Shown here: positions 51,500 through 64,000 of the stretch, piece by piece
Position numbering within the stretch: the first letter of the stretch is position 1
Layout: every line of letters starts with the position of its first letter
Assembly: GCA_964016885.1 (NCBI GenBank)
Contig: OZ024754.1
Location: 22,010,001 to 22,074,000 of the forward strand
Length of the DNA stretch: 64,000 nt
Source of the DNA: Eledone cirrhosa
Lineage: Eukaryota
Reading direction: 5' to 3'
Position numbers and translations under genes: made by a program
Notes under the pieces: generated by a model
The model's database searches: none
Told to the model about the DNA's origin: nothing
The model's input: only the letters and a program-made list of their open reading frames with translations

Positions 51500-51653
51500 T
51501 TCATTATTTCTGAAGACGGCATATATATGTGTTGGTATGTATATTTAATTTTGATAGTTTGTATAATTTTGTATAATTTTGTACATAGATCTGTTGAATA
51601 TGCATGCCAATTCTAACACATATATATCCTAGAAACGATCGTTAAATAATGAA
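51500..51653 (+). ncRNA. HHR with ~115-nt stem II, at the end of a PLE 3' UTR-like fragment (~50390-51715)
   Basis: TTCATTATTT-CTGAAGA-[ATATATATGTGTTGG...CTAACACATATATAT]-GAAA-CGATCG-TT-AAATAATGAA. Confidence 0.8.
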
Positions 51654-51707
51654 CTTTTTTTGTTTAATATAAGGAACTGTTTCATTGTTTTATTCATTAT
51701 TTTTTAA

Positions 51708-51738
<31 letters not shown>

Positions 51739-51746
51739 TTATTTAT

Positions 51747-52410
51747 AACGCTGTACTAGTTTCAAGCTTATTAGCTTGAAACTAGTACAGCGTTCCTTTG
51801 TCCGTGTTGAACAAACGAGCAACGATGGTGGCTGGACACTACGGCTTAATACGGGATGTTTGTTTACAAACACACCGAGCATTATAATAAATGTTCGGTG
51901 AATCCATACGTACATATATATATATGTGTGCATGTATGTATATATATATATACATACTACTGTACGTCTGTATACATATATGTATGTACGTGTACATACT
52001 TATATTTAAGTAATAGCCGTACTAAGAGTGGGTAAATGAAATTTCGTTTCATTTTTTTCGTTTATCGTTTTCTGTGCACCCGGCCGATTAACCCACTCGA
52101 TATGTAAATTGGGCTACTCAGCCGTTAATATGCATAAGGTAAGTATATACGTTCAACAATCTGGCAGGAAGGTATACGTTGCTGACGATAGCTAATAAGC
52201 TTGAAACTAGTACAGCGTTCCTTTGTCAGTGTTGAACAAACGAGCAACGATGGTTGCTGGACACTACGGCTTAATACGGGATGTTTGTTTACAAACACAC
52301 CGAGCATTATAATAAATGTTCGGTGAATCCATACGTACATATATATATATGTGTGCATGTATGTATATATATACATACTACTGTACTTCTGTATACATAT
52401 ATGTATGTAC

Positions 52411-52416
<6 letters not shown>
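51747..52416 (+). mobile_element. Family A partial tandem (425-bp period) starting with a fold-back in HHR stem II; intact HHR at 52176-52218
   Basis: GAAACTAGTACAGCG at 51778 and 52203; 22-bp perfect inverted repeat 51747-51768/51773-51794. Confidence 0.87.
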
Positions 52417-52464
<48 letters not shown>

Positions 52465-52613
52465 GATATATATATGTATATATATGTATATATGATATAT
52501 ATATCTATCTATATATATATGTATGTGTGTATATATATATATGTATATATATATATGTAAAATGGCGTAGGATAGAAGAAAGAAAAGGCACAGAAACGAA
52601 GAAAGGAATCCCC

Positions 52614-52658
52614 AGTCACTGAAGAGGTCACAGAGTGTGTGACGAAAGGACTATGACT
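52614..52658 (+). ncRNA. Type I hammerhead ribozyme (orphan ~260-bp fragment between TA tracts)
   Basis: AGTCA-CTGAAGA-G GTCACA..TGTGAC-GAAA-GGAC-TA-TGACT. Confidence 0.78.
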
Positions 52659-52921
52659 ATATATATAAACAACTATCTGGTTGTGGAACCAACCAACCAG
52701 AAATTTATAGTTTATAAGTTTGTAGATTTGTAAATTTATAAATATATAATAAATTGAAGTGAAAGCCACTGGTGCGTGTGTTTCTTATTGGCAACATGAC
52801 CCTCCCAAAGTATAACAATATATATATATATGTATATGTATATATATATGTATATATGTATATATAAGTATGTATATACAGTATATATGTATATATATGT
52901 ATGTATATATATATATATATC

Positions 52922-54203
52922 CAACAAATATAGATGATTATAACTGATTCAGAGCCCTCAACAGATTTTCTGGAGTAAGTATTCAATGGTATTAAATAAA
53001 TGGAAACTATATTTATAAAACCATATTTATTCTATTATATATATTTCAAGGGTACCAAAAATTTTGGTTACGCTATCATCAGATAAAATACAAAATGTTT
53101 TATAAATATTTGACATGACCAAGCATAATATACCTTAACGGTTCAAGTTATCCCTGGAAAGTGAAGGGAAGAGAGAAGAAAAGTCAGATATTTAAAATTA
53201 TTAATATGAGTATGCAAATGATGTTTATATTAAACATTTTCAGAATATTGTTAATTTAACGAAGCTATATAAATTATCAAACAAAAATTGTTAAAGAAGA
53301 AGGAAGGTAAGAAGAAGGAAAAGGAAGACCACTTAAACATTAATTTGGGGGAAATATATTCAGACATTTGTCTATATTTATATGAAAAATTATTTATTTT
53401 ATTATAATAATATATAAATATCTATATATATTTTAATAATACCATATATATTTTTTTTATTAAAAGGATAGTTTGTTTATAATATGAGTTACGAGGGATG
53501 TTGATTTATAAATAAATAAATAAATAAATAAATAGGTGGTTGTTCATAATATAAGGTACTAGGGATGTTGATTTTATGTAAATAAATAGGTAGTTACAAT
53601 TGATAAGGTTTAAATTAAATTAACGGAGTTATGTATAAAAAGTTTTTATGATTGAAAAAAGAAAAGATAACTACGATTTTTTTTATTAATCGCTAGTGTG
53701 GGATTAATTATTTAGTCTAAAGAAATATGAATATTTAAACATCATCTTCAATAAGATACATTTTACTAAAAGAAGTTAATGGTTATTAATCTACATTTAA
53801 AAATTAGCTTTAGAGGGTGTCATTAGAAAAATAAAGAATTAAGAAAAAAAGAATTAAAGAATTTAAAAAAATTAAAATTAAAATTAAAATTAGAATTATA
53901 CAGAAGTACATAATATAGAAGTACATAAATATATATATAAATATCTATACACATACACACGTACATCATTTACAGAATCTTGATAAGGCCGTGTTTCGGT
54001 AAGCAGGTGCTTTCGAAATCGTTTTCCAAGAAAATGAATAGTCTATATTTTGGCTTTTTAAGTTCCAAATAAGATGTGAGGGGGTAGTAGAATATTTTTT
54101 GTCAGATCTTCTAAAAGAATGAGTGTGGTTATTCCAGCGAAGTTTAAATTCTGTAGAAATGGCACCGACATAGATGAATATATTATCACTAGTTTCAACT
54201 GTA
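52922..54203 (-). mobile_element. PLE 3' fragment related to the 9782 family, HHR at 53028-53090(-)
   Basis: Minus strand IYVGAISTEFKLRWNNH..DYSFSWK..AYRNTALSRFCK; HHR TATTTTAT-CTGATGA..GAAA-TATATA-TA-ATAGAATA. Confidence 0.83.
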
Positions 54204-54204
54204 C

Positions 54205-54236
<32 letters not shown>

Positions 54237-54245
54237 GAATATATA

Positions 54246-54631
<386 letters not shown>

Positions 54632-54717
54632 AATAAAAACAACTATAAACAGGAAGGTCAGTAATTTCCTATTACCTTATTACCAGTAAGAGAAATAGCT
54701 AAATGTATTTATATATG

Positions 54718-54790
<73 letters not shown>

Positions 54791-54807
54791 GTATATTTAT
54801 GATGTAT

Positions 54808-55024
54808 ATATAAAGGAAATGAATACAGAGAGATTAAAACCGTTAGAACATGTTTATGTATTAGTGCGCCTACGTACGTTTCGCCCGTAATGGGTTTATC
54901 AAGGGCATGGAAAGCAAAATAATAATGTCCCTGATAATCCCATTCCGGGCGAAACGTACCTAGGCGCACTATTATATAAACATGTTCTAACGGTTTTAAA
55001 CTCCTTGTATTCATTTCCTTTATA
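54808..55024. repeat. Imperfect ~100-bp inverted repeat with an outward-facing HHR in each arm
   Basis: 54808-54908 vs 54925-55024; HHR-like motifs at 54865-54907(-) (TTGATAA) and 54926-54968(+) (CTGATAA). Confidence 0.75.
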
Positions 55025-55153
55025 ATCGCTCTGCTTATTTTTTCTCGCCCATTAAATATTGACGCCTCTAATATTTAGCCCTGTAGGTACGAGTATTGAA
55101 CACACATGCATAAACTATTGGCAACTAAATATATGTATTTCCATTTCTTCTCT

Positions 55154-55191
55154 CTCTCGATACTTAATCATTCTATATGTATATATATGTG

Positions 55192-55242
<51 letters not shown>

Positions 55243-55257
55243 GTATATATATATATG

Positions 55258-55302
<45 letters not shown>

Positions 55303-55702
55303 GTATGTATATATATATTTATGTATATACATATATGTATATATATATATATGTGTATATATATGTATATATATATATATGTGTGTGTGTATATATGTAT
55401 ATATGTGTGTATATATGTGTGTATATATGTATATATATATGTATATATATATGTATATATATACAGTATATATATATATGTGTATATATATGTATATATA
55501 TATATATGTATATATATATGTATATATATATATGTGTGTATATATATATATGTATATATGTATATATATATGTATATATATATATGCATATATATATTTA
55601 TGTATATATATATTTATGTATACATATATATATATATGTATATATATATATGTATATATATATGTATATATATATGTATATATATATGTATATATATTTA
55701 TA

Positions 55703-55735
<33 letters not shown>

Positions 55736-55966
55736 ATATGTATATATGTATATATATATATGTTTATATATATATGTATATATATATATGTATATATATA
55801 TACGTATATATATATATGTATATATATACATATGTATATATGTATATATATGTATATATATATATGTATATATATATGTATATATATATGTATATATATA
55901 TGTATGTATATATATATATGTATATATATATGTATATATATATATACATATATATATATATACATG

Positions 55967-56002
<36 letters not shown>

Positions 56003-56020
56003 TGTAATATATATATATAC

Positions 56021-56068
<48 letters not shown>

Positions 56069-56200
56069 GCATATATATATGTATATATATATGTACATAT
56101 ATATATATGTATATATATGTATATATATATGTATATATATATATGTATATATATGTATATATATATGTATATATATATATGTATATATATATGTATATAT
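55154..56200. repeat. ~1-kb compound (TA)n/(TATG)n microsatellite
   Basis: Direct reading. Confidence 0.95.
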
Positions 56201-56286
56201 AATGTAGGAGGTGAGTTTTATTGTAGTACAATAAAGCAATGCAGATATCGGATAAGAAGCACTCTACAGTTTGTAGGACTGGAGTA

Positions 56287-56396
56287 TACATAATATAAGA
56301 TCAAAAGATGGTTAAAGGAGTTCCATGATGTTTGTTTTTGAAATGCGCATAATAAAATACATGGAACTCCTTTAACCATCTTTTGATCTTATATTA

Positions 56397-56400
<4 letters not shown>
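56287..56400. repeat. Perfect 41-bp inverted repeat with 32-bp spacer
   Basis: TACATAATATAAGATCAAAAGATGGTTAAAGGAGTTCCATG and its reverse complement at 56360-56400. Confidence 0.9.
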
Positions 56401-56433
<33 letters not shown>

Positions 56434-56526
56434 GCATATATATATGTATATATATATGTATCTATATGTATATATATATGTATATATATATATGTATATA
56501 TATATGTATATATATATGTGTATATA

Positions 56527-56581
<55 letters not shown>

Positions 56582-56648
56582 ATATAAATATGTATATATA
56601 TATACATATATATATATACATATATATATATATGTATATATATATATA

Positions 56649-59158
56649 TTACTATGGGCTCTAGTGATTCTACCCAAATTACCGATCTTGTGGACCTCTT
56701 TCTTCTATTTAACATAAATTCTTCTTTTCCCCACCTTAAAGGTGGTTTATATCGTGATGACTCTCTTCTTCTTTCCACTAATCTGAGCCTATCAGAAATT
56801 GAAAAAAAAACAAAACTTATTAGAACTTTCCTCAAAGACTATTACAATCTCACTTTTACATTTGAAAACACCAGTAAAATAGTTAATTTCCTAGATATAA
56901 CTTTAGGCTTATCTACGGGTATCTACCAACCTTACCATAAACCTAACCAAAACTTACATTACATACACTCACAATCCAATCACCCTAGATCTATCCTTAA
57001 AAACCTAGCATATAATATCTCACTCAGAATCTCTAACCTTTCATCTAACCTGGATGTATTCGATAAAAATGCGTCCTTTTATAACGAAGCTTTAGCTAGA
57101 AGCGGCCACAAAAACAAATTAGTCTATATACCTTGCACCAATAATACTTCAAACATACAACCCAATATTACTCACAAACACCAAATGAAAAACCCACACC
57201 TAAATGCCACTCACACTACACCCAAAAATACCAACCTAAAACTTAATTTCTCTACCTCTTCTCACATAAAATATAATGACTTTCAAAAAACCATTCATCC
57301 TAATACTCCAATATATGTTAACAACATTACTAACAAAATTCCTAATAATCAGACTAAAACACCTAAATCAGTTAATCTAACTAAACCTATATATAATAAA
57401 TTCACTAATAGTAACTCTCTTAGTAAACATCCTGATACATCGTATAAATATAAAAAAAACAATATCGAAACCGTAATAGATGAGTTACTTGGTATAATGC
57501 TCCATTTAATCTACAAATTAAAGATAATATTCCTAAAAAAATTGTTACTATCCTAGAGAAAAACTTCCCGCCAAACCATAAATACCATCAAATTTTAAAT
57601 AGATCAACTGTCAAATTTTCCGACTCCACTACCAAAAATATACAACAAAATATAAGTGCGTACAACGCATATAAATGTTTAAAAAAACACGAATATACCA
57701 CCAACACATCAAACCAACCATAATACTAAATTAAACCGAAACAAACCACCATCTCCTTCACATATAACAAGTCGAGTAAATTCCACACCAAATTTGAATA
57801 ACTCCCCTGATATAATATTCACGAATGGTTGTAACTGTAGAAACAAAAGAAATTGCCCATTAAAGGGAAATTGTCTTATTAATAACATAGTCTATAAATG
57901 TAAAATTAGCACTAAGGACTCCATTTATTCATATATAGGAGCTACGTCTAACCAATTTAAAGTAAGATTTAATACCCACAAACATAGTTTTAAAAATGCC
58001 GCATTAGCTAATACAACATCCTTGGCTGAAACAATTAATAATTATAGAAAAAAGAATATTGATTACAACCTGACCTGGAGTGTGCTCAAAAGGGCTACCC
58101 CTTATCAAAATAACAGATATGAGTGTCGATTATGCTCCCAGAAACTTTTTGAAATAATGAAATCTAAAGATATCCTATTAAATAAGCGACAAGAATTAAT
58201 TATATCTTGCAATCATAGAATTAGAAGAACCTTCAAATATTATAAACCTAATTAATATACACCTTACACTTATATTTTACATATTATTATAATTATTTTT
58301 TTTATTTTAGCTAACCTATAATTAGTACTTTACTACAGAGAACTTCACAATTTTATTTCCCACTTACAGCTCTCTTTTCCTAAAATTAATACCTAAAAGT
58401 ATACATATAAATTAATTTAATTTCCTGTTATGAATCTAGATTCCTTGTAGTTTATATAAGATTGGTATTTCTCACTACTACCCTTATCCCAAAATCTTAT
58501 TTTCCTTCGTTTTTAACAACATTCTTTAATAACACCTAATTCTTATTTATCACATCCATATGAATTAATATAAATTTATTCCTATAAGTATACCTATCAA
58601 TTAATTTAATTTCTTGTTATAGATCTAGATTCCTTGTGGTTTAAATAAGATTTGTATTTCTCACTAATACCCTTACCCTAAAATTTTACTTTCCTTCGTT
58701 TTTAACATTATTCTTTAATAATATCAAATTTTCGTGTACCTTTCACCGGCTTGAGCTCTTTTCATTCCCAAAGTATTCTTTTCTTTCAAAGTATTCTTTC
58801 CATTGAAAACATAAGTCTGCACTCCTCTACCCCTAAATTAAATTTCTACTACTACTATTCTATCAACTTGACCTCTAACTACTTTTCTATTGGTCAATTC
58901 AAAACCTGTTCCCAAACAGACCAATTATATTAAATCTTTGTTGGTTTTTTTTCCAATAAACAAATAAAATCATTTCTGAAGACAGCATATATATGTGAAG
59001 GTATGTATATTTCCTCTGATAGTTTGTAATATTTTTACACAGATCTATATAATATACATACCAACACACATATATATATCCTAGAAACGATCGTAAAATG
59101 ATGAATTTTTTAATATAAGGAACTTGTTCTTTGTTTTTATTCATTGTTTTTATTAATC
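56649..59158 (+). mobile_element. PLE (Naiad-type), 5'-truncated: RT part, linker, GIY-YIG (frameshifted), 3' UTR with ~189-bp tandem duplication and HHR
   Basis: [26 protein letters not shown]; CNCRNKRNCPLKGNCL, IVYKC, YIGATS, CRLC, SCNH. Confidence 0.9.
58969..59102 (+). ncRNA. HHR with ~100-nt stem II
   Basis: ATCATTT-CTGAAGA-[ATATATATGTG..GGTATGTATATT...AATATACATACC..CACATATATAT]-GAAA-CGATCG-TA-AAATGAT. Confidence 0.82.
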
Positions 59159-59399
59159 TATATATATATATATATGTATATATATGTTTATATATATATA
59201 TGTGTATATATATATATATGTATGTATATATATATGTATATATATATGTATATATATGTGTATATCCTAAACGGACGGTAGTCCGTTTAGTAATATTGTT
59301 GTGGTCGTGTTTTCGTTGGCAATCGTCTGTTTATGACAGTACAGCGCGGCTCTACTTTATTTAACTGAGATAAAACTTATATGAGCATGAACAGTAGAT

Positions 59400-59676
59400 C
59401 ATTACGCATCTTTTGGCTTAAAAATCTAAAAATTTGGTCCAGCGGGAAAAAGTTTATAATCAAAGTTTGCTGATAAATCTTGTGTTCAAGTGAGTGAGTA
59501 GTAAGCGTGACGCTGCGAAGGCGGGGGGGGGGGGGGGGTAATTACGGGTCTCTCTCTCTCCAGAAATGACGAATTTTTTTTGACGGAACTCTTGTGATTG
59601 TGATTACGTTAGTCAAATGTAGTCAAATCGCCGAATCCCCTCCTCCTAATTGGCTACGTCATTTCTGAACGGCCCT
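59400..59676. mobile_element. Possible MITE-like remnant
   Basis: CAGAAATGACG (59561) is inverted as CGTCATTTCTG-AACGGCCC (~59657-59675); poly-G run nearby. Confidence 0.3.
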
Positions 59677-60105
59677 ACTTGCGTCAGTGTAAAACATTAC
59701 TTCACTTTTCACTGCTAAAATGCTTTTTAAATACTTCGTTAAAAATTTATGTTTATTATCAAAGCTATTTTTTGTACCAATCTATCAATAGTTTGCGAAA
59801 ATATAGGTAAACATGTGAGTTAAATTTTAATCGCATCGATCGCTTTGTCGCACCGACTGTGACACTGTCTGACTGTCTGTCTGACTGACACCTTTGTCGG
59901 ACCGACACCTTTGTTCAAGCGGACAACTTTGTGTCACTGACACCTTTGTTCGTGCCGGCATCTCTGCGAAACACCGATGACAATAACCAGACCAAAATTT
60001 CACTTCATTCTTCATTCTTCTTCAAGACCGATCGCCGACCGATCGTATCGGTTGCTCTTCATATACCAGGTATTCAACAGATAGTTTGCACTTCTAGTAT
60101 TATTA

Positions 60106-60212
60106 ACCCGCCGAGGTTAACTTTGCCTTTCATCCTTACAGGGTCGATAAAATAAAGTACCAGTAATACACTGGGTAATTGGTGGCCTTGTGCCTAACGT
60201 TGAAACAATTAT
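60106..60212 (+). mobile_element. 5'-truncated Nin-like SINE
   Basis: TTGCCTTTCATCCTTACAGGGTCGATAAAATAAAGTACC; homologous to 54246-54345. Confidence 0.7.
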
Positions 60213-60335
60213 TAACAGTCGTGCGATTTTTTGTACCGATAGGTGCGAATAGTGCGCTATAATTTTGTACCGATAGGTGCGAATAGTGTACAATATTTTC
60301 TGAGATTTGCATCCACTAATTTCGCTTAATTAAAA

Positions 60336-62298
60336 ATGATGTTTCGCGGCTTTTTGATCGGCTTATTCATTTTTTCCATGGCACGGAAATGGAGTATTTC
60401 CATTACGAATCAAAACTTTTCACTTAAATCGGGCAATTGGACTGATCAAATTCACATTCATGCCAGTTTTTACAAATCCAAAAAACGAAATTATCCTATT
60501 TCCAATCATAAATATAGAACGCGCGCGTTAATCTTATCATTACTCATAATCGGTTGTGACGAATTAAATCCTGGACCTGAATTTGAATTCAATGAGACTG
60601 ACAAAGATCAAAACATTGATAAAGAGAATGAAAAACGGAGAAAAACTGCAATTAGGAATAGGGAGTACAGACAACGGAAAGCTGCAGAAATAAGAGAAAA
60701 AAGACAATCAGACGAAGCAAAATTTAAAAATAAGGCATGGCAAAAAGCATATAGACTGAGAAGAGGCGATGAGGGCAAAAGTCAGGAGGCATCGTATCAA
60801 AAAGTGCGCAGACTGAGGGCAGGTGATGAGGGCAAAAATCAGCATGCATTGAATCAAAAAGAGCACAGAGTGAGAGCAGGCGATGAGGGCAAAAGTCAAC
60901 AGGCATTGTATCAAAAAGCACACAGATTGAGAACAGGAGAAGAAGGAAAAGAAAAAGATGCCAGATATTTTTCACATTATTATTTTACAAATGCACGGTT
61001 GATACAACAAAAACAAATTTTTGTACAGAAAAAAACGAATTCAACGATTTAAAGACATTCGCATGCAAAGGGAAATCATGTTACACAAATTCACAAAATC
61101 ATATTTGGCTTCGAAAAAAGAAAAACCAAAAAATCGGGCACAGTATAGGAAGAAATTCAAACAGGGCCTTGAAAAAGTTTCCAAAATCTACAGAGAAGCA
61201 CAGGGAATTCGAAATTTCATGTTTAATGAATTGAAAAAAACAATGGCTTCAGTTTATGCACACATCAAATTAGCTAAGAAGGAGGGGTTGACTGCATACT
61301 GGGGGGAAATATTTTACCATACTTTCACAAATGAACACTTTCTATTCCCAAAAAGTACAGTTGATTATTTTCCTCTAACACAACTTGAAAACCACAAATT
61401 TCTGACTGATGACTGTCCAACAAATGAGTGCAGGTGTAAAGATGGTGATGAGCCAAGTGAGGGAGGTGCACAAGGAGAGGGAGGTGAGCAAAGTGAGAAA
61501 GGTGCACAAAGAGGGGGGATGAGCCAAGTGAGAAAGGTGCACAAAGAGGGGGAGATGAGCCAAGTAAGGGAGGTGCACAAGGAGAGGGAGGTGAGCAAAG
61601 TGAGAAATGTGCACAAAGAGGGGGGTGAGCCAAGTGAGAAAGGGGCACAAAGAGGGGGAGATGAGCCAAGTGAGGGAGGTGCACAAAGAGGGGGGATGAG
61701 CCAAGTGAGAAATGTCCACAAAGAGGGGTAGATGAGCCAACTGATGGAGGTGAGCAAAGTGAGACAGGTGCACAAAAAGAGGGGGGGTGAGCAAAGTGAC
61801 CAGGAAGATTTTGATGGCAGAAAATGTACAGAACTTCTGACTTTGGCTAGATTGTGCAAATTTGGTCCCCCATCAAATTGCCCAGATCCCACTGCACGTC
61901 TAAAGCTAGCTAAACGAATGCACAAGGCCATACACGAACTTTCACTTGATTTGACTGTGTCCCAAATTCGGAAAAAAATGGAAATCTTTGAGCAGTGTAA
62001 AGGATTCCATAGGGACAACATCTATTGCATAGGACAGTCTGACTGCACAAATGGACTTGAACTGATTCGAAGTATAGCTCCTCACTCTCCTCGCATCCGT
62101 ACACTTCTGAGATGTGTGTACAAAGTGAGATCAGTCTGTGTCTGGCTAGACTCCTATGACATTTCAATCTTGGAAGGAAATTGGTCAATGTTTGATGATC
62201 TAGTAAATCCCAGGTGGTCGATAACAACTTCTATAAGATTAGTTACATGCTCACACATTGGATCACCTCTCATCAATGGCATTGGGTGTCTGAGATAA
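60336..62298 (+). pseudogene. Frameshifted large ORF, tentatively the N-terminal region of a Helitron/Helentron-type protein
   Basis: Three consecutive same-strand ORFs; 2A-like ELNPGP; 20-aa basic repeats; Cys/His segment C..GLELIRSIAPHSPRIRTLLRCVY; upstream (GTCT)n-like tract at ~59855-59890. No Rep or helicase motifs are visible. Confidence 0.4.
61443..61800. repeat. Minisatellite, ~36-38-bp unit, ~10 copies
   Basis: Unit like GGAGATGAGCCAAGTGAGGGAGGTGCACAAAGAGGG. Confidence 0.9.
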
Positions 62299-62879
62299 TC
62301 GTGGAGATAACTGATGAAGTCACAAATGAAGTGATGGTCTTCCAGTGTGAACAACTCCCTATATCCATTGATATATGTGATGGCTTCCGATTCATAGGTG
62401 CATTTTATGAGGAATTCCATGCATCCGATTTTCAGTGATTCAATGGGCATTTTATCAGAGATGATAAGGTATTTGACCAAGTTTTGCTTTGTAAGTAAAT
62501 TGGAGAGAATCACTGCAGTCAAAGTCATTTCTTTGCATGGGTTTTTGTCCATTCTAAAAGGTTAAAATGATAAAGTATTACTACTATATAACTTACATCT
62601 ATTGTTGTAACACAATTGAAATGCACAAGTTTCACCAATTCACTATTATGCACTAATCATCTCAAATGCATTCAAGATTTACTAGCTTTGTCATTAAGCC
62701 AGTTGCCTCAACTAGATTGCAATTATACTCAAAAGAACTTTAAAATGTCAATCACTTGTCAGTAATTCACTATGATCATTTAATTATTAGATAGTTGTTG
62801 CTTGCATTGCACTGCCTTAAAAAATAGTAGACCAGATAGAAAAATGCGTACAGTAAAAAAAAGTAATATTGTTGGAATA

Positions 62880-63012
62880 TAAACCTTTAAAAATACAGGA
62901 CAAGAAACTAAAATAAAACTTTAAAAGAATAGGACAAGAAACTAAGATAAAACTTTAAAAGAATAGGACAAGAAACTAAGATAAAACTTTAAAGAATTGG
63001 ACAAGAAATAAA
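62880..63012. repeat. Tandem repeat, ~34-bp unit, ~4 copies
   Basis: AAAACTTTAAAAGAATAGGACAAGAAACTAAGAT. Confidence 0.88.
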
Positions 63013-63721
63013 AAATTTTACAATAATATGAGTGGCAAAATTTTTTTATTCGTTTCCTGTGCTATGCCCCAGTATCTTCTTGATTAGTGCATAGTAATTG
63101 TCATGCTCTCATTGTGCGTTGCCCCTGAGCGGTTGGGGTTGGTTGGCTGAGCAGTTCTGCTCCGTCAGAATGACCATTGCAAGAAGAATTGGCCGATGCA
63201 GCTGCAGGTCTCCTCCAAGAATGCACTTCTGGTCCCGCAACACCAGACGAAGATGGAGAAGACGACCGGGACAAGATGTCGACTCTGACCACCGACTACG
63301 GCACCTCCCTCAACCACTGGTCCTCCCTCCCTCTGTCCCGTCATCCCTCCAGTCCTCCTGCTCCCCTTCCTGTACCAGAAAGCTGTGGCACGCATTCATC
63401 TGGACTGCCGGACTTAAACTCAAGGACAAGATGCAAGGAGAAGATGGACGGGTTGGTCAAGATCAAGGATGAGCGGGACGACAAGACCGTCCGCTGCTAC
63501 TCAAGATCTGTGCTCATGGGCCCATGGGTCCATTCACATTATGCATGACACATGAGGCGTGTCGCCGAATGATGAAATAGGGGTGTGGTTATGGCCCAAT
63601 TGGTGTTCAAACCAGGATCAAATGATCCCCCCGGTCTGACGACGACCTCTGAATGTGGAACCCAGAGCCTATGAATGTGGAACTCGATTTTTTACCAATA
63701 ATATATATATGTATATATATA

Positions 63722-64000
63722 TCTTAGTCTTAGATTCTTCCGCGCCGTTCGGCGCATCGAGCAGGAAGTAATCACCAACGGTCACGATCAGCGGCAACAT
63801 TTTCGAGACCGTGTCCGGTGATGTTGACTGCCATCAGGCCCCTCCGGAATGTTCGTCGCCAGGTGATCCTTGGGCAACCCCGCCTCCGTTTACCGCCAGA
63901 CGGAGTCCAGTTCATCGCTGTTTTCGAATGCCGTTCATTTGGCAAACGCAGAATATGGCCAGCCAGACGGCACCGATGCTCCGTGACCACCCTCTGTAGC
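63722..64000 (-). mobile_element. 3' end of another RTE-group LINE with (CTAAGA)n tail, continuing beyond the window
   Basis: RLAGHILRLP..AMNWTP.GGKRRRGCPRITWRRT; TCTTAGTCTTAG at 63722. Confidence 0.85.

Noticed and set aside
61443-61800. CRISPR-like array (~37-bp periodicity)
   Set aside because: Units are head to tail without unique spacers, there are no cas genes, and the context is eukaryotic. It is a minisatellite.
62154-62552. Minus-strand 132-aa ORF with MRGDPM resembling an RT motif
   Set aside because: No YxDD or other RT motifs, and it overlaps the plus-strand ORF. The evidence is insufficient.
63098-63548. GC-richer ORFs as a host exon
   Set aside because: Low-complexity peptides with no recognisable domain or convincing splice context.

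Overview
AT-rich eukaryotic (metazoan) DNA; the repeat content and (TA)n density suggest a cephalopod or other mollusc, which is an inference. I see no host gene. The window is a mosaic of retroelements separated by long (TA)n/(TATG)n microsatellites, and the many YI-repeat ORFs in the track are artefacts of those tracts. Contents: four copies of a PHD-finger RTE-type LINE; a near full-length L1/Tx1 element nested in the 5' UTR of a full-length RTE element with C2H2 fingers; a decayed CR1-group LINE; about eight Penelope-like element (PLE) fragments, most of the YRDD/CNCR 'Naiad-type', several with inverted pseudo-LTRs; tRNA SINEs; and a Helitron/Helentron-like ORF region with a 2A-like motif. 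The main signal is non-coding. Reading by eye I find about 27 type-I hammerhead ribozyme (HHR) motifs, intact, variant or partial. Several sit in non-coding, partially tandem, retrozyme-like units of about 425-462, 554 and 317 nt, and the 425-462-nt family has covarying hairpins. Other HHRs have compensatory U3-A8 cores or >100-nt stem II inserts, and several inversion junctions fall in HHR stem II. All structures were paired manually and none is computationally or experimentally verified.
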